A stretch of DNA of 64,000 nt from Candidatus Omnitrophota bacterium. Its GTDB lineage: Bacteria; Omnitrophota; Gorgyraeia; Zapsychrales; Fredricksoniimonadaceae. A model generated the notes under the pieces. It was given only the letters and a program-made list of their open reading frames with translations. It was not told where the DNA came from and searched no databases. This document shows positions 7,989 to 17,179 of this stretch, one piece after another. A program made the translations under genes and the position numbers. The first letter of the stretch is position 1; every line of letters begins with the position of its first letter. Location: NCBI GenBank assembly GCA_903901225.1, contig CAIUQE010000035.1:9249-73248 (forward strand), in the 5' to 3' direction.

Positions 7989-8756
7989 ATGAAGCGTTTT
8001 TTCTGCTGTATGTTGTTACTTGCCGCCGGGTTTTTTCCCGTCGTTTCGTCGGCTCAGGGCAACAGTTTGTCCGATATCCAGACCGCCATTATCCAGGAGG
8101 ATTACAAGAAAGCCGGTGACCTGGCCAAAGATCTTCTGAAGACGAAGCCTTCGGGCAATGAGCTGGCCCAGGCGCGTTATTACCTGGCGCTGAGCGACCT
8201 GCGCCAGGGCAATTATCCGCAGGCGTATGAGATGTTCCGCAAGGTCGTTGATTCCCGTCCGGCCGCGGATATTTTTGAGAAAGCGACTGTGGGCGTGATC
8301 GACGCGCTTTACATGCGGGGGGATTACGAGAGCGCGTTGAACGAAGCGACGCAGTTCATGAATAAGCACCGTAAGGCCGAGGACATGAGCCTGATCTACC
8401 TTAAAGCGGCCCGCTCGAACCTGAAACTGGCCCGCTGGAACAAGGCGAAGGAATTCCTGGAAAAGATCGTCGTGGAATATCCGAACAGTTTTGAATGCGG
8501 CGTGGCGCGACAGCTTCTGGAAGAAAAACAGTATTTCACGGTCCAGGTCGGGGCTTTTGTCGAGCAGGCCCGCGCCGAGCGGTTGGTGCAGGAGCTGATG
8601 CGTCAGAAAGAGTATGCCTATGTGGTCGAGACTAAGTCGCCCGACGGCAAGAATTATTATCGTGTGCGCGTCGGCCAGCTCGCGGCCCTGAAAGACGCCC
8701 AGGCGCTCGAGTCCAGGCTTTCCGGCTCCGGTTATCCGACGCGCATTTATCCGTGA
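7989..8756 (+). CDS. TPR-repeat / SPOR-domain periplasmic protein
   Basis: Signal peptide, TPR-like repeats (AQARYYLALSDLRQGNYPQA...), and a C-terminal SPOR domain (YFTVQVGAF...YYRVRVGQ). Confidence 0.7.
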   Translation: MKRFFCCMLLLAAGFFPVVSSAQGNSLSDIQTAIIQEDYKKAGDLAKDLLKTKPSGNELAQARYYLALSDLRQGNYPQAYEMFRKVVDSRPAADIFEKATVGVIDALYMRGDYESALNEATQFMNKHRKAEDMSLIYLKAARSNLKLARWNKAKEFLEKIVVEYPNSFECGVARQLLEEKQYFTVQVGAFVEQARAERLVQELMRQKEYAYVVETKSPDGKNYYRVRVGQLAALKDAQALESRLSGSGYPTRIYP

Positions 8757-9667
8757 ACAAACCCCCCGTTATTTTTATCGCCGGCCCGACAGGTGTCGGG
8801 AAATCCGCGGTGGCCATGGCTTTCGCGGGACTCGCGACGCCAGAGGCTGTCGAGATCGTCGCGTGTGACGCCATCCAGGTCTACCGTGAGGTGGCGATCG
8901 CCAGCGACAAGCCTTCTTCCGAAATGCGCCGGCAGGTGCGGCATCATTTGCTGGATGTTGTTTCTGTTGTTGAGGAATTCAACGCGGCGCGATATCGCGC
9001 GCTGGCGGTCGCGGCGGTCGATGATATCCTTGCCCGCGGGAAACAACCCGTGATCGTCGGCGGCAGCGGGATGTACATGATGGCCTTGCTGGACGGTCTT
9101 TTTGAAGAAGGCGGGGCCTCGGAAAGCCTGCGCGTCGCGCTGGAAGGCAGGGAGCTTTCCGGCCTTTACGCGGAATTGCAACGCGTTGACCCCCAGGCGG
9201 CCGCAAAGATCTCATCGAATGACAAAAAACGCATCGTGCGCGCGCTGGAAGTTTTTCACGCGACGGGCGTGCCCATGTCCGTTCAGCAGAAGAAACGCGA
9301 AGGCCTGTGGGGCAAGCATGACATTCGTATCATCGGCCTCGAACGCCCACGCGCTGAACTATATCGTCGGGTGGAGGCGCGGGTTGACGCGATGTTCGAC
9401 GCCGGGCTCGTTGACGAGGTGAAAGGTTTATTGCGCAGGCCGCTTTCTTTGACGGCGGCGCGCATCATCGGCGTGCCCGAGATCAAGGGTGTTCTTAACG
9501 GTGAGTATGATCTGGAACGCGCGCGGTATCTGATCAAACTGCACACGCGCCATTACGTGAAACGCCAGATGACATGGTTCCGCAAGGACAAGCGCCTGCA
9601 GTGGCTGGTGCCGGGGCCGAATGAGACCGCCCCAGAAACAGCGCAACGCATAAAGGATATGATATGA
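8753..9667 (+). CDS. miaA: tRNA dimethylallyltransferase
   Basis: P-loop IFIAGPTGVGKS, typical length (304 aa) and MiaA core motifs. GTG start overlapping the upstream stop. Confidence 0.9.
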   Translation: MNKPPVIFIAGPTGVGKSAVAMAFAGLATPEAVEIVACDAIQVYREVAIASDKPSSEMRRQVRHHLLDVVSVVEEFNAARYRALAVAAVDDILARGKQPVIVGGSGMYMMALLDGLFEEGGASESLRVALEGRELSGLYAELQRVDPQAAAKISSNDKKRIVRALEVFHATGVPMSVQQKKREGLWGKHDIRIIGLERPRAELYRRVEARVDAMFDAGLVDEVKGLLRRPLSLTAARIIGVPEIKGVLNGEYDLERARYLIKLHTRHYVKRQMTWFRKDKRLQWLVPGPNETAPETAQRIKDMI

Positions 9668-10911
9668 AAGAAAAGATACTGCTGGCGATCGTGGATATGA
9701 AGCTTCGGAATGCCTGGCCGGTTGAAGAAGTTATCCATGAGATGACGGAACTTGTGAAGGCGTGCCAGGGCGAGGTGGTGGGGCATATTATTTGCCCGGC
9801 GCATCCTCCGACGGCCGCCACGCTCATTCACAGCGGCAAGGTCCTTGAGGTCGCTGAATTGGCCCGTGTCCAGGGCGCGCAGGGGGTTGTTTTCAGCGAG
9901 GAGCTTAAGGGTGTCCAGCAGCGTAATCTTGAAGAAGCGCTTGCCGTTAAGACGATCGACCGCACCCAGCTTATCCTCGATATTTTTGCCCGCCGCGCGG
10001 TATCGCTCGAAGGGAAACTGCAGGTCGAGTTGGCCCAGCTGGCGTACCGCCTGCCGCGGCTGGCCGGCCATTATGACGACCTTTCGCGTCAGGGCGGCGG
10101 CATCGGCACGAGCGGCCCCGGCGAGACCAAGCTTGAGGTGGACCGCCGGCGCATTGCAGTGCGCATCGACAAGCTCAAGAAAGACCTTTTGGATGTGACC
10201 CAGAGCCGCATGACCAAACGCAAGAAACGGGAGTTGCAGCACATCCCGCTCATTTCGCTCGTCGGTTATACCAACGCGGGAAAGTCCACCCTTCTTAACA
10301 CGCTGACCGGCGCCCATCAGGCAACCAAAGACGGGCTGTTCACGACGCTTGATTCGCTCGCGCGCCAGCATGTCCTGCCTGATCGGCAGAAAGTTGTTTT
10401 TTCGGACACGGTCGGGTTCATGCGCGAGCTGCCGCACAACTTGATCGAGGCGTTCAAGGCTACGCTTGAGGAAGTGCAGAGCGCGGACATCCTCCTGCAC
10501 GTGGTGGATGTCAGCAATCCGCGTTACCGCCATTTGAAAGAGAGCGTCGACCAGGTGCTTGACGCGCTGGGGGCGCTGAACAAGCCGACGATCCTGGTCT
10601 TCAACAAGATCGACCGGGTCGAGGACAAGGAAGAGCTTGAAACGGCCTGCGGAAGATACGGCAATACCATCGCGGTTTCGGCGCTGGAAAAACAGAACAT
10701 CGACGGGCTCCTGCGCCTGATCGAAAAAGAACTGGGCGGGCGTGTCGTGGCGGTGGATGTGGCGATCCCCGTCAACCGCATGGATCTGGTGAACATGGTC
10801 CACAAGCAGGGCCAGGTCGAAGCCATTGAATACTCGGGGGAGAGCATCCGCGTGAAGGCCGTCGTGCCCCAGCAGCTCGCCGGGCTTCTTGAGAAAGCCG
10901 CTGCGTCCTAG
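9664..10911 (+). CDS. hflX: GTPase HflX
   Basis: HflX N-domain followed by G-domain motifs (GYTNAGKSTLLNTLTG, DTVGF, NKID). Confidence 0.9.
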   Translation: MKEKILLAIVDMKLRNAWPVEEVIHEMTELVKACQGEVVGHIICPAHPPTAATLIHSGKVLEVAELARVQGAQGVVFSEELKGVQQRNLEEALAVKTIDRTQLILDIFARRAVSLEGKLQVELAQLAYRLPRLAGHYDDLSRQGGGIGTSGPGETKLEVDRRRIAVRIDKLKKDLLDVTQSRMTKRKKRELQHIPLISLVGYTNAGKSTLLNTLTGAHQATKDGLFTTLDSLARQHVLPDRQKVVFSDTVGFMRELPHNLIEAFKATLEEVQSADILLHVVDVSNPRYRHLKESVDQVLDALGALNKPTILVFNKIDRVEDKEELETACGRYGNTIAVSALEKQNIDGLLRLIEKELGGRVVAVDVAIPVNRMDLVNMVHKQGQVEAIEYSGESIRVKAVVPQQLAGLLEKAAAS

Positions 10912-10928
10912 AACTCCGTTGAACGTAG

Positions 10929-11009
10929 GGGCCGACCTTGTGTCGGCCCGAAACATTTGCCGGATATCATAAGGATGCATTCTCCGACGGGAGGACACAA
11001 GGTCCTCCC
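10929..11009. repeat. REPIN-like hairpin doublet, copy C, intergenic (GGGCCGAC-cttgt-GTCGGCCC ...39 nt... GGGAGGAC-acaag-GTCCTCCC)
   Basis: Same 21-nt hairpin unit as inside the giant genes. The two hairpins are in mutually inverted orientation. Lies 18 nt after the hflX stop. Confidence 0.8.
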
Positions 11010-11045
11010 CCACGCACCATTTAAACATTCACAGAAAATTTTTTC

Positions 11046-11074
11046 TTGACAAAATCCAAGGTGAGTTGTATATT
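11046..11074 (+). promoter_or_regulatory. sigma70-type promoter TTGACA-17-TATATT
   Basis: Perfect -35 hexamer, 17-nt spacer and TATATT -10, ~150 nt upstream of the MORN gene. Confidence 0.6.
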
Positions 11075-11117
11075 TTAGCAGTAACCCATTGAGAGTGCCA
11101 GAATCAGTGGGTTTTTT
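11075..11117 (+). promoter_or_regulatory. CIRCE-like element (TTAGCAGTA-N9-GAGTGCCAG) overlapping a 10-bp stem-loop followed by a U-run (intrinsic-terminator-like leader)
   Basis: Each half matches the CIRCE consensus 7/9. The stem AACCCAUUGA/UCAGUGGGUU (one G-U pair) has an 11-nt loop and is followed by UUUUUU. It sits immediately after the -10. Confidence 0.4.
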
Positions 11118-11226
11118 CCGGCAAAGATTTTGGCACTCAATATCCAAGAGTGATAGAAACACTTGAACCAGAATTTTGTTGTTTGATAATTGCAACACCT
11201 GACGCGTCTGGTAGAATGAAGGGGCC

Positions 11227-12237
11227 ATGTTCAAACGCTTCCTCTTTTTTGCTATCGTTTGCGTTATCAGCGTTGCCAGCGCCTGGGCCCAGGACAAGGT
11301 CAAGGATGGTTTTTACAACGAGTACGATGCCAAAGGCGTTCTGGTCCGGGCCGTGGAATACCAGTTGGGCGTGCCTCACGGGCGTTTCCGCGCGTATTAT
11401 CCCGACGGGCGCATCAAGGCCACGGGCCATTATCTCAACGGCCAGCTTGACGGGGAGCTTGAGGAATATCGTCCGGACGGAAAACCCCTGACGCGGGCTG
11501 TTTACCGGCAGGATCGTTTGCACGGGGTGAAGGTGTCGTATTATCCCGACGGTGTGATCAAAAGCGAGGAAACGTTCATTGAGGGCGCGAAGGACGGGGT
11601 GAGCAAGGAGTATGACCGGCTCGGGCGGCTCGTCTGGGCGCGTTCTTTCCGGCATGCCCAGGAGGATGGTGTTTCAAAACAATACTATCCCAGCGCGCGG
11701 GTTTATCGTGAGTATGAGTATAAGAACAATGTTCAGCACTGGTATATCCGTGAGTACGCCGAGGACGGGAAGCTCACAGGCGTGTATCAGGCGGATAACG
11801 GGCTGCGTGAAGGGTCGGGCAAGGAATATTTTACCACGGGCGAGATAAAGCTCGACGGGTTCTTTGAGAAGGATCAGCTGAACGGCCTTGTGAAGATCTA
11901 TGACAAGAACGGCCATCTTCATATCCGGGCGAATTATACGGCGGGCCATATTGATGATGCCGCCTGGCGCGAATATTACGAGACGGGTGAATTGCGCTGG
12001 GTCGTGCCGGTGCGCCAGGACCTGAAAGAAGGCCTGGGCCGCGAGTATTTTGAGAACGGCGTTCTCAAGAGTGAGGGCAGCTTCGCCCATGACAAGCGTG
12101 AGGGCGTTTTCAAAATATTTGATACGGAGGGCATCCTTGTCGCGGAAGATAAATACAAGGCGGACTGGCTCCTGCGGCATACGGAATTCTATCCGTCGGG
12201 AAAGGTAAAGACGGACAAGTATTTTTTTGATCAATGA
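11227..12237 (+). CDS. MORN-repeat (YwqK-like) secreted protein
   Basis: Signal peptide, then ~12 tandem YxDGxxxxEGxYxNGxxxG-type MORN variant repeats. Confidence 0.65.
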   Translation: MFKRFLFFAIVCVISVASAWAQDKVKDGFYNEYDAKGVLVRAVEYQLGVPHGRFRAYYPDGRIKATGHYLNGQLDGELEEYRPDGKPLTRAVYRQDRLHGVKVSYYPDGVIKSEETFIEGAKDGVSKEYDRLGRLVWARSFRHAQEDGVSKQYYPSARVYREYEYKNNVQHWYIREYAEDGKLTGVYQADNGLREGSGKEYFTTGEIKLDGFFEKDQLNGLVKIYDKNGHLHIRANYTAGHIDDAAWREYYETGELRWVVPVRQDLKEGLGREYFENGVLKSEGSFAHDKREGVFKIFDTEGILVAEDKYKADWLLRHTEFYPSGKVKTDKYFFDQ

Positions 12238-12243
12238 CCGGTA

Positions 12244-12272
12244 TTGACAGGGATGGGTCTTTTTTTTATACT
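12244..12272 (+). promoter_or_regulatory. sigma70-type promoter TTGACA-17-TATACT (hrcA operon)
   Basis: Consensus -35, 17-nt spacer containing a T8 run, and TATACT -10, 70 nt upstream of hrcA. Confidence 0.55.
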
Positions 12273-12341
12273 GTGCGCCTGGCAATAAGACCGCTTGATT
12301 GCTAATTTGCGGGCCGGGATAAACATTCAAAGGACGCGTAT

Positions 12342-13070
12342 ATGCGCAAAAGTTCGCACGAGAGGAAAGACGTTGTTCTGGGCATGGTGGTTCGCCATTA
12401 TATCCAGACCACGGTCCCCGTCAGCTCCGCCTATATCGCCGAGGAGTATGAGAAGGACATCAGTTCGGCCACGATCCGCAATATCCTCGCCGAGCTTGAG
12501 GGTGACGGCTATCTCATGCACCCGCATACGTCGGCCGGCCGCGTCCCGACTGAACGAGGTTATAGATATTACGTGGATTTCCTGATGCAGGAGATCCAGC
12601 TTATTGAAGAAGACCGCCGCCGCGTCCACAAGGAATACGAGCGCGGCATCGAAGAGTTGGAAGCGCTGGTTGAAACAACGACCGAGGTCCTTGCGGATCT
12701 GACGCATTGCACGAGCATCGTGAGCGTGGACGGCTGGACGCACCATTATGTTTGTCGCGGCACGAATTATCTTGCCGAGGCGATCGGGATGCAGGGCCTG
12801 CAGAAGGTCGTGGCCATCCTCAAGGCCCTGGAAGAAAAAGACCGGGTGCTGGCGGTGTTGCGGCGCGACCTGGACAGGCGGATCAAGATCTATATCGGGC
12901 AGGAAACGGATTGCGATGCTTTTGACGGTTGTGCCATGGCGGTGGCGCGTTTTGCGACACGCCGAGGCCCGGCGGGACGCATCGCGGTGCTTGGGCCCGT
13001 GCGGATGGATTATCCCCGGGTCGTTTCCACCCTGGAATATGTTTCTGAATTGATGCATGAGGCCATGTGA
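12342..13070 (+). CDS. hrcA: heat-inducible transcription repressor HrcA (short, 242 aa)
   Basis: N-terminal winged helix (SSATIRNILAELEGDGYL...HTSAGRVPTERGYRYY) and C-terminal GPVRMDY motif. First gene of the hrcA-grpE-dnaK-dnaJ order. Confidence 0.85.
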   Translation: MRKSSHERKDVVLGMVVRHYIQTTVPVSSAYIAEEYEKDISSATIRNILAELEGDGYLMHPHTSAGRVPTERGYRYYVDFLMQEIQLIEEDRRRVHKEYERGIEELEALVETTTEVLADLTHCTSIVSVDGWTHHYVCRGTNYLAEAIGMQGLQKVVAILKALEEKDRVLAVLRRDLDRRIKIYIGQETDCDAFDGCAMAVARFATRRGPAGRIAVLGPVRMDYPRVVSTLEYVSELMHEAM

Positions 13071-13588
13071 AAGATATGACACCGGAGAACGAACAGGATA
13101 TGGATGATATTCCCGCTGAACCGCAGGTCGCGGACGCGGCGGAGACGTTGAGGAAGGATCTTGACGAGGCGAAAGACAGGTACATCCGCCTTTTCGCCGA
13201 GTTCGAGAACATGCGCAAGCGCCATGACCGGGAGCGCTCCCAGATCATCAAGTACGCGCATGAGGAAGTGATCATCGAGATGCTCGGGTTTTATGAGGAT
13301 TTCGAACGCGTGATCGTGGCGGCCAAGGCCAATCCGTCAAACGCGTCGGAACTCGTCAAGGGCATTGAGATGATCTACGGGCGGATGCAGCAGCTTCTGA
13401 AAAAGTACGATGTGCGCGAGATCGAGGCTGTGGGCAAAAAATTCGACCATAATTGCCATGAGGCGCTGATGGTCGAAGAATCCGCGGAACATGAGGATGG
13501 CACAGTGCTCGAGGTTTTTCAAAAAGGGTTTATGCTGGGCGACAGGGTGGTGCGCACGGCCAAGGTTAAAGTTTCCAAGAAGAACTAG
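13067..13588 (+). CDS. grpE: nucleotide exchange factor GrpE
   Basis: GrpE motifs (RLFAEFENMRKR...) and a 4-nt overlap with hrcA. Confidence 0.9.
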   Translation: MKDMTPENEQDMDDIPAEPQVADAAETLRKDLDEAKDRYIRLFAEFENMRKRHDRERSQIIKYAHEEVIIEMLGFYEDFERVIVAAKANPSNASELVKGIEMIYGRMQQLLKKYDVREIEAVGKKFDHNCHEALMVEESAEHEDGTVLEVFQKGFMLGDRVVRTAKVKVSKKN

Positions 13589-13600
13589 GAGGTAGCGAGT

Positions 13601-15523
13601 ATGAGTAGAGTTATTGGTATCGATCTGGGAACATCGAATTCAGCGGCCGCGGTCCTTGAAGGGGGCCGTCCGGTCATCATCCCCTCGGCCGAGGGCGCCG
13701 GGGTCGCGTCGGGCAAGGCTTTCCCGTCGTTCGTGGCGTTCACCAAGGACGGGCAGAGGCTCGTGGGTGAGCCCGCGCGCCGTCAGGCGGCCATGAACTC
13801 CGAAGGGACCGTCTACGCGGCCAAACGCAAGATGGGGACGGACCACAAGTTCAGCGTGTTCGGCAAGGACTTCACGCCCCAGCAGATCTCGGCGTTCATC
13901 CTGCAGAAGATCAAGGCCGACGCGGAAAAGTATCTGGGCGACACGGTCGAAGGCGCGGTCATCACGGTGCCGGCGTATTTCAACGACAACCAGCGCCAGG
14001 CCACCAAGGACGCGGGAGAGATCGCGGGCATGAAAGTCCTGCGCATCATCAATGAGCCCACGGCCGCGTGCCTCGCCTACGGCGTTGACAAGGCGGGCAA
14101 GGAACAGAAGATCATGGTGTTCGACCTCGGCGGCGGGACGCTCGACGTGACCATCCTTGAGATGGGCGAAGGCGGGACCTTTGAGGTTCTTTCCACCAGC
14201 GGCGACAACCTGCTTGGCGGGACGGACATGGATAATGTGATCATCGATCATATCGTTCAGACGTTCAAGAAAGAAACAGGCATTGACCTGATGAAGGACA
14301 AGATGGCGTTCCAGCGCTTGCGCGAGGCGGCGGAGAAAGCAAAAGTGGAACTGTCATCGACGATCCAGACCGACATCAACCTGCCGTTCATCTCGGCGGA
14401 CGCTTCAGGCCCGAAGCACTTGACCATGTCGCTTGACCGGGCGAAGCTGGAAAGCCTTGTCGGCCCCATTGTCGAACGTTGCCGCGGTCCGATCCGTCAG
14501 GCGATGAAGGACGCGGGCGCCAAGATCGGCGGCGAGGTCAAGATCGACAAGATCATCATGGTCGGCGGCCCCACGCGCATGCCCATCGTGCAGAACTTTG
14601 TCGAGAAAGAGGCCGGCCAGAAGATCGAACGCGGCATTGACCCCATGGAATGCGTGGCGCTCGGCGCCGCGGTGCAGGGCGGCATCATCAAGGGGGATGT
14701 GAAGGACGTCCTTCTTCTGGACGTGACGCCGTTGTCGCTGGGCATCGAGACCATGGGCGAGGTTTTCACCAAGATCATTGAGCGCAACACGACCATCCCG
14801 ACCAAGAAGAGCCAGGTCTTTTCGACCGCGGCCGATAATCAACCGGCGGTGACCATTCGCGTGCTGCAGGGCGAGCGCAAGATGGCCAGTGATAATACCG
14901 AGCTGGGGAAGTTCGACCTCGTGGGCATCCCGCCCGCGCCGCGCGGCGTTCCGCAGATCGAGGTGACCTTTGACATCGACGTGAACGGCATCGTGCATGT
15001 CCACGCCAAAGACAAGGCCACGGGCAAGGAACAGTCCATCCAGATCACGTCGCCGAAGAAACTTTCGGAGAACGAGATCGACCAGATGGTCAAGGACGCG
15101 GAAAAGTACGCGGCTGAGGACGAGAAGCGCAAGGAAGAGGCGGAATTGCTCAACCAGGCGAACACCCTGACCTATTCGACGGAAAAAGCGCTCAGTGATT
15201 ACGGCGATAAAGTCCCGCAGGCCGAACGCGATACCATCCTCAAGGAACTTGAGGGCCTCAAGCAGGCGGTCAAGGACAAGGCGGCTGATCGTATCAAGTC
15301 GTCCATGGAGTCGTTGACCAAGTCCAGCCACAAGCTCGCCGAGGAGATGTACAAGGCGACCCAGGCGCAGCAGGGCGGCGCCCAGGGGCAAAGTGGCGCG
15401 GGAGCGCAGGAGAACGCGGGCCCGGGGCCGGAAGGTTCCCAGGAGCAGCCCGGTCCGGACAAGAAGTCCGGCGGTAAGGAAGACGTGATCGACGCGGATT
15501 TCAAGGTCCAGGACGATAAATGA
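13601..15523 (+). CDS. dnaK: molecular chaperone DnaK (Hsp70)
   Basis: [19 protein letters not shown] and other Hsp70 signatures. 640 aa. Confidence 0.95.
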   Translation: MSRVIGIDLGTSNSAAAVLEGGRPVIIPSAEGAGVASGKAFPSFVAFTKDGQRLVGEPARRQAAMNSEGTVYAAKRKMGTDHKFSVFGKDFTPQQISAFILQKIKADAEKYLGDTVEGAVITVPAYFNDNQRQATKDAGEIAGMKVLRIINEPTAACLAYGVDKAGKEQKIMVFDLGGGTLDVTILEMGEGGTFEVLSTSGDNLLGGTDMDNVIIDHIVQTFKKETGIDLMKDKMAFQRLREAAEKAKVELSSTIQTDINLPFISADASGPKHLTMSLDRAKLESLVGPIVERCRGPIRQAMKDAGAKIGGEVKIDKIIMVGGPTRMPIVQNFVEKEAGQKIERGIDPMECVALGAAVQGGIIKGDVKDVLLLDVTPLSLGIETMGEVFTKIIERNTTIPTKKSQVFSTAADNQPAVTIRVLQGERKMASDNTELGKFDLVGIPPAPRGVPQIEVTFDIDVNGIVHVHAKDKATGKEQSIQITSPKKLSENEIDQMVKDAEKYAAEDEKRKEEAELLNQANTLTYSTEKALSDYGDKVPQAERDTILKELEGLKQAVKDKAADRIKSSMESLTKSSHKLAEEMYKATQAQQGGAQGQSGAGAQENAGPGPEGSQEQPGPDKKSGGKEDVIDADFKVQDDK

Positions 15524-16662
15524 AAAAGGACTATTACGAGATCCTCGGCATAAAGAAAGATTCGGACGCGGCGGAGGTGAAGAAAGCGTATCGCCAATTG
15601 GCGATGCGCTTTCACCCCGACCGTGTTGAGGAGAAGGAAAAGAAGTCCGCCGAGGAGAAGTTCAAGGAGATCTCCGAGGCTTACGGGGTGCTTTCCGACC
15701 CGCAGAAACGCGCGACGTATGACCAGCACGGCCATTCCGGGATTGACCAGAACTACACGTCGGACGATATTTTCCGCGGTGCTGATTTCTCGAGCGTCTT
15801 TGGTGATGGCGGCGGTATGGAAGATATCCTCAGCCATTTCTTCGGCGGGGCGTTTGGCGGCGGTGGCGGCGGCAGCCGGCGTTCGCGCGGGGCGGCGCGG
15901 GGCCGTGATATCCAGTATGAAGTGGAATTGAGCCTTGAAGAAGCGTTCAGCGGCATGAAAAAGACCATCAAGGTGCCGCGCAACGAAGTGTGCGGTGATT
16001 GCCGGGGTTCGGGCGCCAAAGGCGGCACGGCCATGGCGGAGTGCGCGACGTGCGCCGGGCGCGGGCAGGTCATGGTCAACAGCGGTTATTTCCGCCTGGC
16101 CCAGACATGTCCGAATTGTCGCGGCGCGGGGCGCATCATCAAGGAAACCTGCCCCTCATGTCGGGGCGTGGGATATAACCGGATGACGCGCAACATCGAC
16201 GTCAGTTTTCCGGCGGGTTTGGACAATGATTCCCAGATGCGGGTGCGGGGCGAGGGCGAAGTGGGCCAGGGCGGCCCGGGCGACCTTTACCTTTATATCC
16301 GCGTGCGCGAACACGCGCGGTTCCGCCGGGTCCGCAATGACCTGGAGATGAACCTCGCGGTCAGTTTTGTGAAAGCGACGCTCGGCGGTGAGGTCAGCGT
16401 GCCGACGCTGAGCGGGCATGTGACGATGAAGTTGCCGGCGGGGACGGAATGCGGCAAGATGTTCCGGATCAAGGGCAAGGGCATGCCGGATGTGCACTCC
16501 CAGGGGTCGTTTGGCGATCTTTACGCGAAAGTGGTGATCGATGTTCCCGCGAGGCTGGACGCCGAACAGCGCCGGTTGCTTGAGGAATTTGCCAAAGCCA
16601 GCGGCGAAACCGTGGATGGCGCCGGTTCTTTTAAAGACAAAATAAAGAAAGTATTCAAATAA
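15520..16662 (+). CDS. dnaJ: molecular chaperone DnaJ
   Basis: J-domain (YYEILGI...HPDR), a G/F region and four CxxCxGxG zinc-finger repeats. Confidence 0.95.
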   Translation: MKKDYYEILGIKKDSDAAEVKKAYRQLAMRFHPDRVEEKEKKSAEEKFKEISEAYGVLSDPQKRATYDQHGHSGIDQNYTSDDIFRGADFSSVFGDGGGMEDILSHFFGGAFGGGGGGSRRSRGAARGRDIQYEVELSLEEAFSGMKKTIKVPRNEVCGDCRGSGAKGGTAMAECATCAGRGQVMVNSGYFRLAQTCPNCRGAGRIIKETCPSCRGVGYNRMTRNIDVSFPAGLDNDSQMRVRGEGEVGQGGPGDLYLYIRVREHARFRRVRNDLEMNLAVSFVKATLGGEVSVPTLSGHVTMKLPAGTECGKMFRIKGKGMPDVHSQGSFGDLYAKVVIDVPARLDAEQRRLLEEFAKASGETVDGAGSFKDKIKKVFK

Positions 16663-16663
16663 T

Positions 16664-16939
16664 ATGCCTACGTACGATTATGAATGCTCGGCCTGCGGCC
16701 ACGCGTTCGAAGCGCTGCAGACCATGAATGAGCCGAAACTGGAAAAGTGCCCCGCGTGCGGCAAGAAGAAGCTGCACCGGCTCATCGGCACCGGCAGCGG
16801 GGTCATTTTCAAAGGTTCCGGTTTTTATGAGACCGATTACAAGAAGAAGACACCTTCAGCTTCCGAATCCTCCAAACCCGCGAGCCAGCCTTCCTGCGCC
16901 GCTGCTTGTCCTCACGCGGGCAAGTGCGCCTCCCAATGA
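16664..16939 (+). CDS. FmdB-family zinc-ribbon protein
   Basis: MPTYDYECSACGHAFE...CPACG, the typical FmdB fold and length. Confidence 0.75.
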   Translation: MPTYDYECSACGHAFEALQTMNEPKLEKCPACGKKKLHRLIGTGSGVIFKGSGFYETDYKKKTPSASESSKPASQPSCAAACPHAGKCASQ

Positions 16940-17001
16940 TGGTTGGTCTGTAACCATCGATCTATTAAACAGATTCATTTTCATGGTTGTTTAGTGCGCC
17001 T

Positions 17002-17050
17002 GTGGGGACATGTGCCAAAGCTGTCCTTCAGATTTGGTATGTGTCCCCAC
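17002..17050 (+). terminator. long imperfect stem-loop (~17 bp) ~60 nt after fmdB; T7 run 15 nt downstream (possible operon terminator)
   Basis: GUGGGGACAU.../...AUGUGUCCCCAC with an inner CCAAA/UUUGG stem. The U-run is not immediately adjacent. Confidence 0.35.
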
Positions 17051-17179
17051 AACTCACAACTGGATTTTTTTGTGCCACAAACTTGCATTTTGCTACATTA
17101 TGTGCTATTTTTCTGCTTAAACCACCTATTGACAGATCGACTTTGTTCATAAACCCTTAAATTTTTGAGGATTAATGCC

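Noticed and set aside
9553-11028. Long antisense ORFs (e.g. 9553-11028 -, 14405-15391 -, 22693-24537 -, 35091-35774 -, 55640-56593 -)
   Set aside because: They lie opposite well-supported genes (hflX, dnaK, DUF1015/accD, UXS, DegT). They have Arg/Pro/Gly-rich low-complexity translations typical of GC-rich antisense frames and no recognisable domains.
12238-12341. Searched for a canonical CIRCE operator at the hrcA promoter
   Set aside because: No TTAGCACTC-N9-GAGTGCTAA-like inverted repeat is present here. Only the degenerate site at 11075-11101 resembles CIRCE.
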